Below, in pieces: positions 37,801-49,800 of a stretch of 64,000 nucleotides of DNA. Under the pieces are notes generated by a model. The model saw only the letters and a program-made list of their open reading frames with translations. It was not told the origin of the DNA and searched no databases. Position numbers and translations under genes: made by a program. Within the stretch, counting starts at the first letter, position 1; each line of letters starts with the position of its first letter. The stretch is from NCBI GenBank assembly GCA_002787155.1, contig PCVY01000023.1, positions 6,828-70,827 of the forward strand. The letters run 5' to 3'. This DNA comes from Candidatus Abzuiibacterium crystallinum (GTDB lineage Bacteria > Omnitrophota > Omnitrophia > Omnitrophales > Abzuiibacteriaceae).

Positions 37801-40800
37801 TGGACTGCAGGGGTAGGCGCCGGCGTTCTGCTATCGGCCAAATCAGAATTACGCGTGCAATTTTTTCAGATTGCTTTAACAAAGCTCGTTGACTTTGCAA
37901 GACAAAACGCATCTCTTTTCTTTCGATATGTCATCAACCGTCAGAAGGTTGTTGAGCGGGATGATGACGATTATGAAAAAATGAGTACCGATGAACTATT
38001 AGACGACCTTCAATTTATTCACCTGGCTTATGCTTTTCGCCATGTCCCGCCTCAGCGCAGGTGGGATATTTCACTTTCGCTTGGGTGGCGCGTGCAAAAA
38101 ATGACAAAACCCGAACTTCTCGACTTTTCAAGAAAACTTCTCACTATCTTAACAACCACAAAAGGTTCTAGTGAAAACGCACATCAAATAAGAAGTGCCG
38201 CTGCCGGAGTCTTTAAGGAAGTGGTTAGAATTATTCCAGATACCGAATTATTAGCTATCTTTAAGGCGCTTTTTTCAGCATTAAAAATAACGCACCAGTC
38301 GCTTAGCGTTGCCTTTAGTCACGCCGCCAGGATTGAAGAGCGTGCAATCACAGACACTTTTGAAATAATACGTAAAAGAATGCCTAAAGCTGATTTTTCG
38401 CAAGTGGTTGACGAATACTTGGCAGTGTTGGAAGAAATAAAGAATCGAAAATTTCTTTTCTGGGAAAAAACAATACAACACCAAACTCTCCATTTAATGG
38501 GGGAAGCAGTCTATTCCTTTCCGGAAGCTCAACTGAGGCGAACGGCTAAAGAATTGATCGCTATTTTACGAGCTCTCAAGGACCAGGGCGGAAATGTGAA
38601 CGAAATTCGAATTTTATTACTTTATGTTTTTCGGAACATCGTCGAGCGTTTACCCGAAGCTGATCTGGGCGGCTATGTGACTGAATTACTCTCAACGTTT
38701 GATGCTATCAAAGGATCGAACGAACACGCTGGAGAAGCAAAAGGAGACATAGGTCATATTTTGTCGAAAGCAGCTGAACGGATGCCGCCCTCAGAACTAC
38801 CTCATTTTGCGGATGAAGCATTGATCAGGCTAGAGTCAACGCCAAATCGGGGAAATCAAGCTTATCAGACAACGCGAGCGATGGCGGAGGCTCTTTGGGG
38901 TTTTGCAAAGGCAGTTGATCCCGAAAAGGCGGATCCGCAAAAGATGTCTAAAATCATGAATCTACTTCTTGAAAAATTAAAGCTGATCAAAGGAAAAGGT
39001 GACAATGAGGAGTGGGCCAAAATACATATCTTGCTCGCTTTAGGAGCCATAGCTAAAAAAATCCCACATCAAGAGCTTCCCGGGCTTTCCAATGCAATTC
39101 TTTCAGAGTTAACGCATTATGAGTTTAATGACGGACTCAAAGGCCGTTTAATTGATGTGCTGATAGCAATTGCAGACAGCATTGATCTTGCTGAGCTGCC
39201 AAAGATATCAAACGAGCTTCTGGATGTTTTAAAAGAGATGGGAGAATTAAATGATGACGAAGATGGAGGGTATCAAACACTCGTCACTATAGCTGTATTT
39301 TTTGAACAGATCACACCCAAAATCTCAGAAACAGAACTCCCTCGTATTTCAAAAGCATTTCTCACTGCACTCGCCGCCATCAAAGGATCTAGTTACAATC
39401 TAGACCGTGTGAGAAGGTTTGTCGGAGACGTGCTGGCTTTGATATCACTGAGGATCAATCACTTACCATTGGATAATAAGCCATTAATTGAACAGCTTCA
39501 AAAGTTCTTCTCGCTTGCTCCGGCTAGTCATTCACTTTTTCCGATGTACGGCGACCTAAATGAAATTGGGCATATTTTAAAGCTTGAAGATCACAAGCAA
39601 GTAATAGCCCAACTCAATGCCTACCAGGCACAATTACTGGCACGGTATCAAAGGGAACAGGGAACTCCGCCACACAGCGTCGGGCGGATCCGTCCTCCGG
39701 CGGAAGGGAACAGGGAACAGGGGACGGGGATCAGGTCACAAGACACGGATCACGATCTCTGGCTCAGCGGACCGGTAGGGGCGGGTATCCGGGCAGAATT
39801 AAGAAACAAAGACTATTCCAAAATGACGATCGATGAATTGTTACAGGCACTTCAAATGGGAAGGTCTGATCAAGAAGCTCAGGAACTTAAAATTGGAATT
39901 GCCAAAGTTTTAAAAGAATCAGCTAAAACCATGCAACCAACGGAACTTCAGCATCTTTCTAATAGGCTCCTTTTACTGCTAGAGGCAGCACCGGCAAAGG
40001 GGAGGGCGGGCCGGCAAACCATTCAAGCAGTTGCAGATATTTATCAAGTGATTGCGATGAAAATTGACCCTGCCGAATTGCCTAAGATTTTAGAGGCACT
40101 GCTTACCGCCTCAAAACTACCGCTCAAATATGACGTTGACGGCAGAGATGCTAAAAGGTTCATTACGATTGCATTGACAAAAGTTGCTGAACGAATCCCA
40201 GAAGAAAAACTTCCTACCATATTAAATTATGCGCTTCTTGAATTAAGCCATTATGATTTGGATGATCAATTAACATACAGTTTAATTTTTGTGCTCGATG
40301 CAGTTGCTAACCGAATCCAACCAACCGAACTGCCAAGAATTTTGCATGCCTTACTCGATAAGCTTAAAACAATCAAATCATTAGATGATAAAGATGAAGA
40401 GGATCTCATTTGGCAGGTAGTGATGATAGCAGCATTTACCTTTAAATCGATTGCCGCCAGAATGAGCGCAACGGAACTACCGGCCATTTCGAAAAGACTT
40501 CTCGAAATACGCTCGCTTGCCAAAAGAGATAGCACTCAGGCGGAAAAAACAAGAGACGCTCTCTTAGCGCCTTTTCCTGCCATTGCTGCCCGTATAGACA
40601 AAAAAGAATTACCTAACTTATTTGATCAATTTGTTGACATTTTGAAAAATACACACCGAACAGACGCATCGCCGGGATCAAGTTCTAACATGAGATTGCG
40701 TTCGCGCAAAGTATTGGCAATTATTTTTCTCAGGAACCATCAATTACCTCTGGATGATGAAACCTTGGCCAAAGCGCTTGAGAACCTCTTGGGCATTCAC

Positions 40801-43800
40801 TCTCCTACCGATTCACTTTTTCCCATTTATGGTGAGTTCTCCGAAATCGACCGCATTTTACGATTGCCAGGCCGTGAACAAATGATTGCTCAGCTCACTA
40901 TTTACCGGAAACAATTAATCGCACAGTCTCAAAGGGATCAGGGAACAGGGAACAGGGAACAGGGAACAGGGGACGGGGAACAGGGGACGGGGATCAGGTC
41001 ACAAGACACAGAATCAAATGATACGCTTTGGGTAATTAGTCCTGCTGTCGAACGCTCCGAACTCAGAACCAAAGATTATTCCCGCATGAGCGTTGATGAA
41101 TTGTTAAACGAACTTCAGTCAATCAAAGGATCAACTATTGATGTCAATTGGGCAAGAGAGGCCATTGCCGATACCCTCACAGAAATATTAAAAAGAATTG
41201 ATCCAACCAAACTTCCCGCTATTTCACAAGCCTTGTTGACCGCTTTAAAAGAAATCAAAGGATTTGCTGATGATGCTAATCGGACAAGATGGGCCATTAC
41301 CTTTTCCTTCCCAGAAATATTGCAAAGAATTGATCCAACCGAACTCCCCGCTATTTCACAAGCGTTGTTGATCACTTTAAAAGAAATCAAAGGATTATCT
41401 AATGCGACCAATGAGGCAAGACGGACCATTACCTTTTCCTTCCCAGAAATATTGCAAAGAATTGATCCAACCGAACTCCCCGCTATTTCACAAGCCTTGT
41501 TGATCGCTTTAAAAGAAATCGAAGGATCAACTGATGCTGCCAATCAGGCAAGATGGGTTATTGCCGATGCCTTCAGAGAAATGCCAAAAAGAATTGATAA
41601 GTCTGAACTTCCCGCTATTTCACAAACCCTCTTAGCTGCTTTAAAAGAAATCAAAGGATCAACTATTGGTGCCAATCAGGCAAGAGAAGCTATTGGCAAA
41701 ACCCTAGCTGTTATTGTCTTTCGTCATCATCAAATCCCTGTCACCGATGAGACAAATGATTTATTGAGCGCTCTTCAAGATGTCTTTACACTTGAAATGA
41801 ACGGTGTTTCCATCTATCCCATAGAAAACCATCATCCATTGAACAACCCGGACAATCCCATTCATCAAATCTTTAAACAACATGATCAAGATTACGCACA
41901 AATCATGAGCCAGCTCAATCGTTACAGGGAACAATTGAGCGCACAGCATCAAAGGGATCAGGGAACAGGGAACAGGGAACAGGGGACGGGGATCAGGTCA
42001 CAAGACACGGATCACGATCTCTGGCTCAGCGGACCGGTAGGGGTGGGTGCTGGTTTAACAAAAGCCGGTCGACAGTCCGCAGACCATGATAAAAGGGTAG
42101 AACTGCGAAATGAATCACCCAACCTAGAAGACTTGAGTCCAACCGATGAGGCCCGTGAAGTTGAAGTGGTCATTAAGGCAATTCATGCATTGACAGATTC
42201 GGTTTGGAAGCAACCGCTGCCCCGTCTCAATACCCGATCGAACGCAGGAGCTGAACTTGCTTCATTAGTGAACCAGTGCGTTCACTTGATACGGGATACA
42301 AAGATGACGGTTAACGAGCAAATACAATTGGTGAAGGCGTTCCTGCATTTGCTCGAGTCTTTCGAGTCCTTATACTTGAAGACACTGGTTGGAAGTGCGA
42401 GTCATTTGCAACTGCATTGGCTGCTTAGGCACGTCATGACGGCAATACCGTTCGGGCAAATCACGCCTATCCGTCATGAGATCTATTTATCCCAAGAAAT
42501 AGCCAGAAGGCAGGGTCCTTCCCGTAACACAACCTTGCATATAGATTTTCTAAGCGAAATATTAATCATGCTTGCATTGAAGCAAGCAGGTTTTAAAGGA
42601 ACGTGGGATACGTTAGCCGTTGATAAAATATACAACACAAACGTGTGGAAAGAATTGGGTGATTTCTATTCGGGAACTGTCAGGGTGCGGAGGGAAGGTA
42701 TCGGATTCCTGCATCAATATGCTGATGATGCTGAAATTAACAAGATTATAAATATCTGGCTGGATGATAGCGGCAATCTTGATCACACGCGTGCAGAACA
42801 AGTCATCACTCAACTTAAGCTCTATATCGATCAGTTGCTTCATCAAATTAAAATAAAAGCAAATGAAGAACCCGGGACCGATGATGCTGAACAATCAGCT
42901 GACTCTCGTCCGGAAGATATTTGGCTGCGGGGCTCGTTCCGCCCTCAAGGCGGATTGGGGCCTTCAAAATCTGAATTGCGCACGGCCAAGTCAAAATCTG
43001 ACCTTGGAAAGCGCTTAACCCAATTAGCAAAAGATTTAGAAGCCGAGGTTGAAGCGCGGCAGATAAAAGGATTGGCAAAGCAATTGCTTGAGAATAAAAG
43101 CACCCGCACAAAAACAGATGCCCAAATCGAATCAGAGATCAAAGAAAAAGCGGCGGATGATGCCGCTATGGACCGGTTAATTGCTCATTTAAAAATTGCG
43201 CGCGCTCTTAAGGAAGCGGGAAATGATTTTTTGAGGGATTATGAACAAACGCATTATCTCAAATTAGCTAAAATTCAGCAGCCAAACGCTGTTTTGTGGG
43301 GTCTGCGCTTTCTGGATCTTGATGATATCCAGGATCCGGAAATTCGCCGGTTGATGGGGAAACTTCAGTCACTTTTGATGGTGAACGAGTTCTTTGGGCG
43401 TTCTAGCGCCGCCTTTGTCGAAAGCGTGCTGACGGAATTTATTGTCAACACCGTGATCGGAGATGATTTTGGCATGACGGAACTCTTGACGTCTCTTGAT
43501 CCTAACCAAAACCTGATCGAATTGTTTCAAGATTGGGGCGTTAACGTTCAGCTCAAATACAGCCGGGAGCACACGGGCATTCAAGCGCTCTATGACATAG
43601 CACGTCTTTATTCCAAGGTGTTCCCGGAGTTCAACAATAATGCACGTACCGGTTTTATCACGCATGATTTCAAGGAAATGCTGAGGGAGCCTGAAGGGGA
43701 TGCCGATCGAAATCAGCAGGCACGCGCGTTGGCAAGGGGAGGAGCCGCGCAAGCACTCAATCTGTTAACCATTCGCTTGCTGGGTTTGCCAGCGGGGCGC

Positions 43801-46800
43801 ACCATGGAACAACAGTGGCAGGAACTTTTTAAAATCACCGAAAAAGGAATTCCCAATCTTCAGAAACCGGAACATTTAAACGGCGCGCGCGCCGAAGATA
43901 TTTTGGCGGGTCTGGCAGAAATTTCCAAGACGTCTCAAGGACAACTCAAAGAAGTGGTGGCTGAGCTCATCCAGGGACGGTTTAAATTGCTGGTGAATCA
44001 CGATGTCGAACGGTTTAAACAAATTGGCATCATCATTGGTTTTACGGGGATTGACGGTTTTGCAAAGATTCCGTTCGGCCGCTTGCGGGAAAAATATCAT
44101 CTGACCGAAGGCAGTGAAGAGGAAGGCCGGCTGCTCAAAATCGTTGCCCAAATTTCCAGAACAGCCCGGGAAGGGACAGGCGGCCTCATTGAAGAAGTGT
44201 TTGATCTTTACAGCCAAGAAGCCGGCGAACATTTGGACGATTTGAACAAACTGCTTCAGGCATTTAGTTACTTTGTGCGGCTTGTGAATTTTCACCACGA
44301 TTATGAACGGCTTGTCTTAGAAGGTGATATCGGCAAGGTGAACAATGAAGCGCTCTTTGTCAGCTTGCGGGATTTGAAGCGCACACTTGATATCGTGAAG
44401 AAAAACGATGCCAAAGGGATGGACATTCGCGATGCCATTGCTTCTGCTGTCAAGCGCCGCTATTACAACCGCTTGAGCATCGAAGATCGGGGTATTGTTC
44501 GTGATTTAATGGCGAGACACCGGCTGATTCATGAAAACGATCTCCTGGATTTTGATTATGTGATTGATGGTTTCAAAAACGGCAGTTCCCGAATTCGTAT
44601 CTATCGCAAACGTAAATCAGGCCCGGCGCGGTTTAAACGAACGGAAGTCAAGCCCGGCGAATATAAGATGGAATTAATTCAAGAAAGCGTGGGAAAACCC
44701 GAACTGCTGCTCGAGATTCCGCTGGCTCAGCCGCTTGCCAACGTTGACCCGAAAATTATTTTAAACGAAACGACCCGCCGTAACCTGGCCAATATTCTGG
44801 ATGCATTGGAAGTGGAGGAGGGAAAGCGCTTTAATCCGGTGCTCGAATTTGGCGTGACTTCAGGCGGCAAAAGTACGACGGCAGCGTTGGTTGCCAAGAT
44901 TCTGGGCGTTGGTTTTACGCGCATTCAAATCAATGAACGCACCGATGAATTTGACCTTTTCGGATCGTTTCAGCCTTATGAAATCAATATCACGTTAGAA
45001 GAAGCCATCCAGCTTTTGCAGGAAGCGCTGGCCACGAACAATTATAACGGTCTTGAGGATGTGTTTAGTCGTTTAAAGTCGGATCAAACGGGACAATTTT
45101 GGGAAAATTATTTCAATGCTCAAGAACGACAGACAATCGAGCTTGGAAAGGACAGCCGTTATCCCCAGCGTTCGGTATTGGAGCGTCAACGAGCCGCCAT
45201 TCGTGATAAATTAAAACAATTGGCGGATAAACAGTTAGAACTTGCTCAATCGCTCAAAAGTTTAAGCGCTCAGGAACGCCGCCTCATTGATTCCAAGACA
45301 GATAACCCTGTCTGGCAAGCGCAGCTTGCCCAGCTGCGCCGGGAAGAAGCGGAAGGTTTTGATCAGCTGAACCGCATCAAATCCATTGCATTTATGTTAA
45401 ACCACGAGGTGGGCCTTCGGTATAAGGAAGGGCGTTTTCTCACGGCTTACAAGCGCGGAGATCTCATTCTGCTTGATGAAGTGAATTTAGCCAACGAAGA
45501 AATGCTGGGCGTGCTTTATCAATTACTCACTTTGGGTTATTTGGAATATAACGGCAAAGTGATCGAACCGCCTTTGGGCAAACAAGCCCGCATTCTAGCC
45601 ACGGCCAATCCCTCCGGTTATGCGGGCCGCAGACGCATGAGCGAAGCTTTTATGAACCGTTTTGAAATTATCCATGTTGATGAAATGACGGATGAGGAAA
45701 TGCGCGATATCGTGGTTGGGCAAATGATGAAAGATCTCATCGCCTCAGGCCGCTATACAGCCGGGGATTTTGAACAAAACTCGGATGAAGCGCCGGAAGT
45801 ATGGGATAAAAAAATCAACAAGATTTTACAGGAAGAATATGGTATTACGCGCGAAAGCACTCGATTGTTAGCTGGAGTTCAGCGAAAATTTAACAGCATT
45901 TTGGCGACGGGCAGTTTTCCGCGCATGGGATCCGACTCCAATTATGTCTTCACGCTTCGGAATCTTCAACGGATCGCCGGCGATGTGAAAGAACGCAAAG
46001 AAAATGGCGAACGCATCACCCTTGAAACCTGGATTCGGGAAGCGTACGGCGAATATGCCGGCGTCCTCATGCGGCCCAGCACACAGCCTTCCTACACCGC
46101 AGAGCGGCTTAAGCCTGATGAATCATTGCCGGCGGAACATCATTTATGGGATGATCCGGATTACAAAACCATTCGGCGGGTATTTACGACTTTCATGGGT
46201 GAATTGATTGCCGGAGAAAGTCATCAAAGTTACGATGACGCTTTTGACGAACTCATTCGCCGGCATTTTGAAACCATTCCGTATGTCTATGACTCAACCG
46301 CCCATGCCATCAAGCTGGACGGTCTTCTTACCCAAGGTGCTGAGCCAAACGATCAAAACCCCATTGAACCTTTAATCGAAGTGGGGTCAACCAAAATGGT
46401 TCAAAGGCAAATTTTAAAAGGCATTCGCCGGAATATCCCAACGCTCCTTGTCGGTCAATCCGGCGGCGGTAAAACAGAAATCATCGGCGACTTAGTCAAT
46501 CGCCTTGGCCGTCAATATATCAGCGTGTCTTTGGGCGATGCCACACTGGAAAGTCTGATCGGCACCATGGAATACAACCGAATGGAAAAACGTTTTGTTT
46601 ATCGGCGGGGTGTGCTCGTCAAAGCCATGGAAGAAGGTTCGGTTTTGGTGCTGGAAGAACTCAACATGGCTAAATCGGGCATATTAGAAATTTTGAATGA
46701 ATATTTCGATGACGGAACGTTTACCAACCCGTTTACCCTAAAACAGGTAGCGGTACACCGTGACTTCCGGTTGTTCGCTACCATGAACCCGATTCAGGGT

Positions 46801-49800
46801 GAGACGGGAGAAAATTTAGGCCGCGTGAGTTTGTCGCCCGCTCTCAGAAACCGCTTTCGGGAAATTTGGGTGCCGCACAAGAAAACGGACGCTGAAATGA
46901 ACGAAATTTTAATCGGAAAATTCAAGCAATTGGGTGTTGAAAAAATCGAAAAAGCAACAGGCGCCAAAATCATCGGCTTTTTCCGTGCCTATGAAGAGGC
47001 TTTTAAAGATCAAGCTGATCCGGTGTATTACACCAGTCTGCGCGATTTGAATCGGATTGCCAAAATCATGGCTTATTTAATCAATGAGCTCGACATGCAT
47101 GAGTCGGATGCATTGGCGCGCGCCATTGACCGCGTTTACCGTTTACGCATGCAAAACAGCGGCGCCTTGGCAGTGGTCGATCAAATTCTCATTGAGCTTA
47201 AAATCAAGATCCCGGGTGCCGGTCAATTGTCGTACCAGTCTCGGAATGGCGTCTTGGAAGTGCGCGATGGTCAAACACTGGTTGCCAAATTAGACCTTTC
47301 TTTGATACAGGCCAAGCTTCGCGACCGCATCCGCGGAGAACTCAGTGCTGATACGGATCCGGCAGAACTTGAAGCACTGACAGAGAAGCGTCTAAAAACT
47401 CTCTTGGATGAAGCTGTCTTGGTAGAAAATCCGCGCACGAAGGCTCATCTGCTGGATTTAATGGAAGCCGTCACGCTTCCTTCCGGCGAAGTGAAAAAAG
47501 GAAAATTTAACCCGATTTTTCTTTTGGGTGAGACCGCCGGCGGGAAAAGCTCCCTTACCAAATATTTGGCACTCCATCTTTTGGGCCAAAACTATACGCG
47601 CATTCAATTCAACGAACGCACGGATGAGTTCGACCTTTTTGGCGCCTATGAACCGCGCGAGCTTCACATGGGTCTGGACCGCGCTTTTCGGATTGTTCAA
47701 AATGCGATGGAACAAGGGGAGTGGGTCAAAATCAAGAAAGCCTTGAAGCTTTGGCAAACGGGGGCATTGACCGAAGATGATCTGTCCGAACTTGAAATGA
47801 TTGAGAAGGTGGAAGAGCGCATTCGCACGGTAGATTTAGAGGCCTCTCAACAGATCACAAAGATCTTAAAGGATGCTTCCGAGGAAGATGTCTTAGGTGA
47901 CCCCGGTCAGAAACGTGAAGCCGAACGCAAACTCAAAACCATTGCGTTTTTGATTGAAAATAACATGTTAAATGTCGAGCTGGAATTTCGCGAAGGCAGG
48001 TTATTACAGGCGATCAGGCGCGGCGATGTGGTGGTGCTGGATGAAATGAACCTGGCGAATGAAGAAGCGCTCGCTGTTTTATATCAACTCCTGACTCTGG
48101 GTTATGTGGAGTATTACCACAAAGATACCCGGCAAGTCGAACGCATTACCCCGGCACCGGGCTTTAAACTCATGGCGACCGCAAACCCCGCCTCATATGC
48201 GGGTCGTCATCGGTTGAGTGAAGCCTTAATGAACCGGTTTGAGATTCATTATGTGATGAACATGACACCCCAAGAAATGACCGAGATTCTGCGCGGTGAA
48301 AATAGTCATGAACCAGTGTTCGAACGCGATCAGTCATTTCAGACCACTGTTGAGAAACTGACATTGCTTCAAGAAAATATCAATGAAGCGCTCCGAAACG
48401 GTCAATTTCCCGAAGTGAGTTCCGACCAAGTGCAAGGCTATTTATTTACGCTTCGCAATTTGAAACGTGTTTTACGGAATACAGCAGAACTCTTACGCCA
48501 AGGCGACAGTTCGCCGCCATCTGAGTCACTCATTCGACAAGCCTACCTTGAATACTTAGGCGTCCTCGGACGTTCAGACGCCTCCATCAAAACGCTGCAG
48601 TCTCTTTTCAAAGCGCCAAAACAATTTCCCCAATTTAACCCTGATTTTCGAATTTCCTTTGAGTCAATGACTATGCCCAACGGTCAATCGGGTATTTTAG
48701 CGGGTGGTTTCAAAGTCGTGAGACGTTTTTATGAAGATGAGGCAGAAGGCGTTTCGCACGATGCAGATGTCATTGAAGAGCTTGAAGAGGGTGCAACGAC
48801 TAATTTGATCCGCCAAGCAATTGCGAAAGGACTGTTAGATTCTCGGATGGCGGTTTTGCTGGTGGGGCAAAGCGGCGGGGGTAAAACAGAAATGATCGGT
48901 GATTTAGCAAGGCGTCTGGGCTGGCGCTACCGCTCCGTTTCGCTTGGTAATGCCACCCTGGAGAGTTTAGTCGGCGGTTATGCCATGGACCACGAAACAA
49001 AAAAATTCCGTTATATCCCCGGGATTTTAATCCAGGCCATGCGCGAAGGCGCCATTTTGGTTTTGGAAGAAATGAATATGGCACCGTCCGGACTATTAGA
49101 AATTCTGAATGAATATTTTGACGAAAGTACCTTTACCAATCCCATGACGGGACAGAAAGAAAAAATTCATCCCAATTTTCGGTTATTTGCCACCATGAAT
49201 CCGGAAAAAGGTGTGACGAGTACCAGCGAAGGCCGTGTCGGCTTGTCGCCCGCTCTTCGCAGCCGTTTCTCAGAAGTATGGGTGCCCCATATACGGACGC
49301 AGGCGGAAACAGAGAGAATTATTCGTAAGAAATTCAGCAATCGAGGGGTAAGCCATGTACCGCCCAAAGTGACGGAAGATATTTACCGCGTCTATGACCA
49401 ATACCGCCGGTTTGTTGAAGAAGGCAAAATTGGCCAAGAAAGCAACGAAGGCTATTACGTCGGTTTGCGTGATGTGGTGAAAATAATTGACCTGGTAGCG
49501 CAGGATCAATCGCGCGGCATTCCAATGGAAGAAGCGCTGCGTTTTGCCTTCAAACGAATTTTTTATTTACGCCTCAATAGCGATGCGGACCGCAAAACAG
49601 TTCAAGAAGAGATTCTAAAAACATACGACATGAGCAAGACGGAATACCAATGGAAAAGTGTGAATGACCATTGGGTGGTTAAGCGCACTCAGTGGCAAAC
49701 GGCAGAAGTTCCGAAGGCACTTTTGAAGGAAAAAGGATTTATTTTAACGCCGCAAAGCCAAGAAGAGCTCGCGCTTCTGCTAGAGGCAATGCAGCGCGGC

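Noticed and set aside
41115-41543. 142-aa minus-strand ORF, plus similar ORFs at 63369..63752, 56988..57236, 41761..41952 and 57346..57537
   Set aside because: They lie antisense to the giant frame-1 ORF within its tandem repeats. Their mutual similarity simply mirrors the sense-strand repeats, so they are shadow ORFs.
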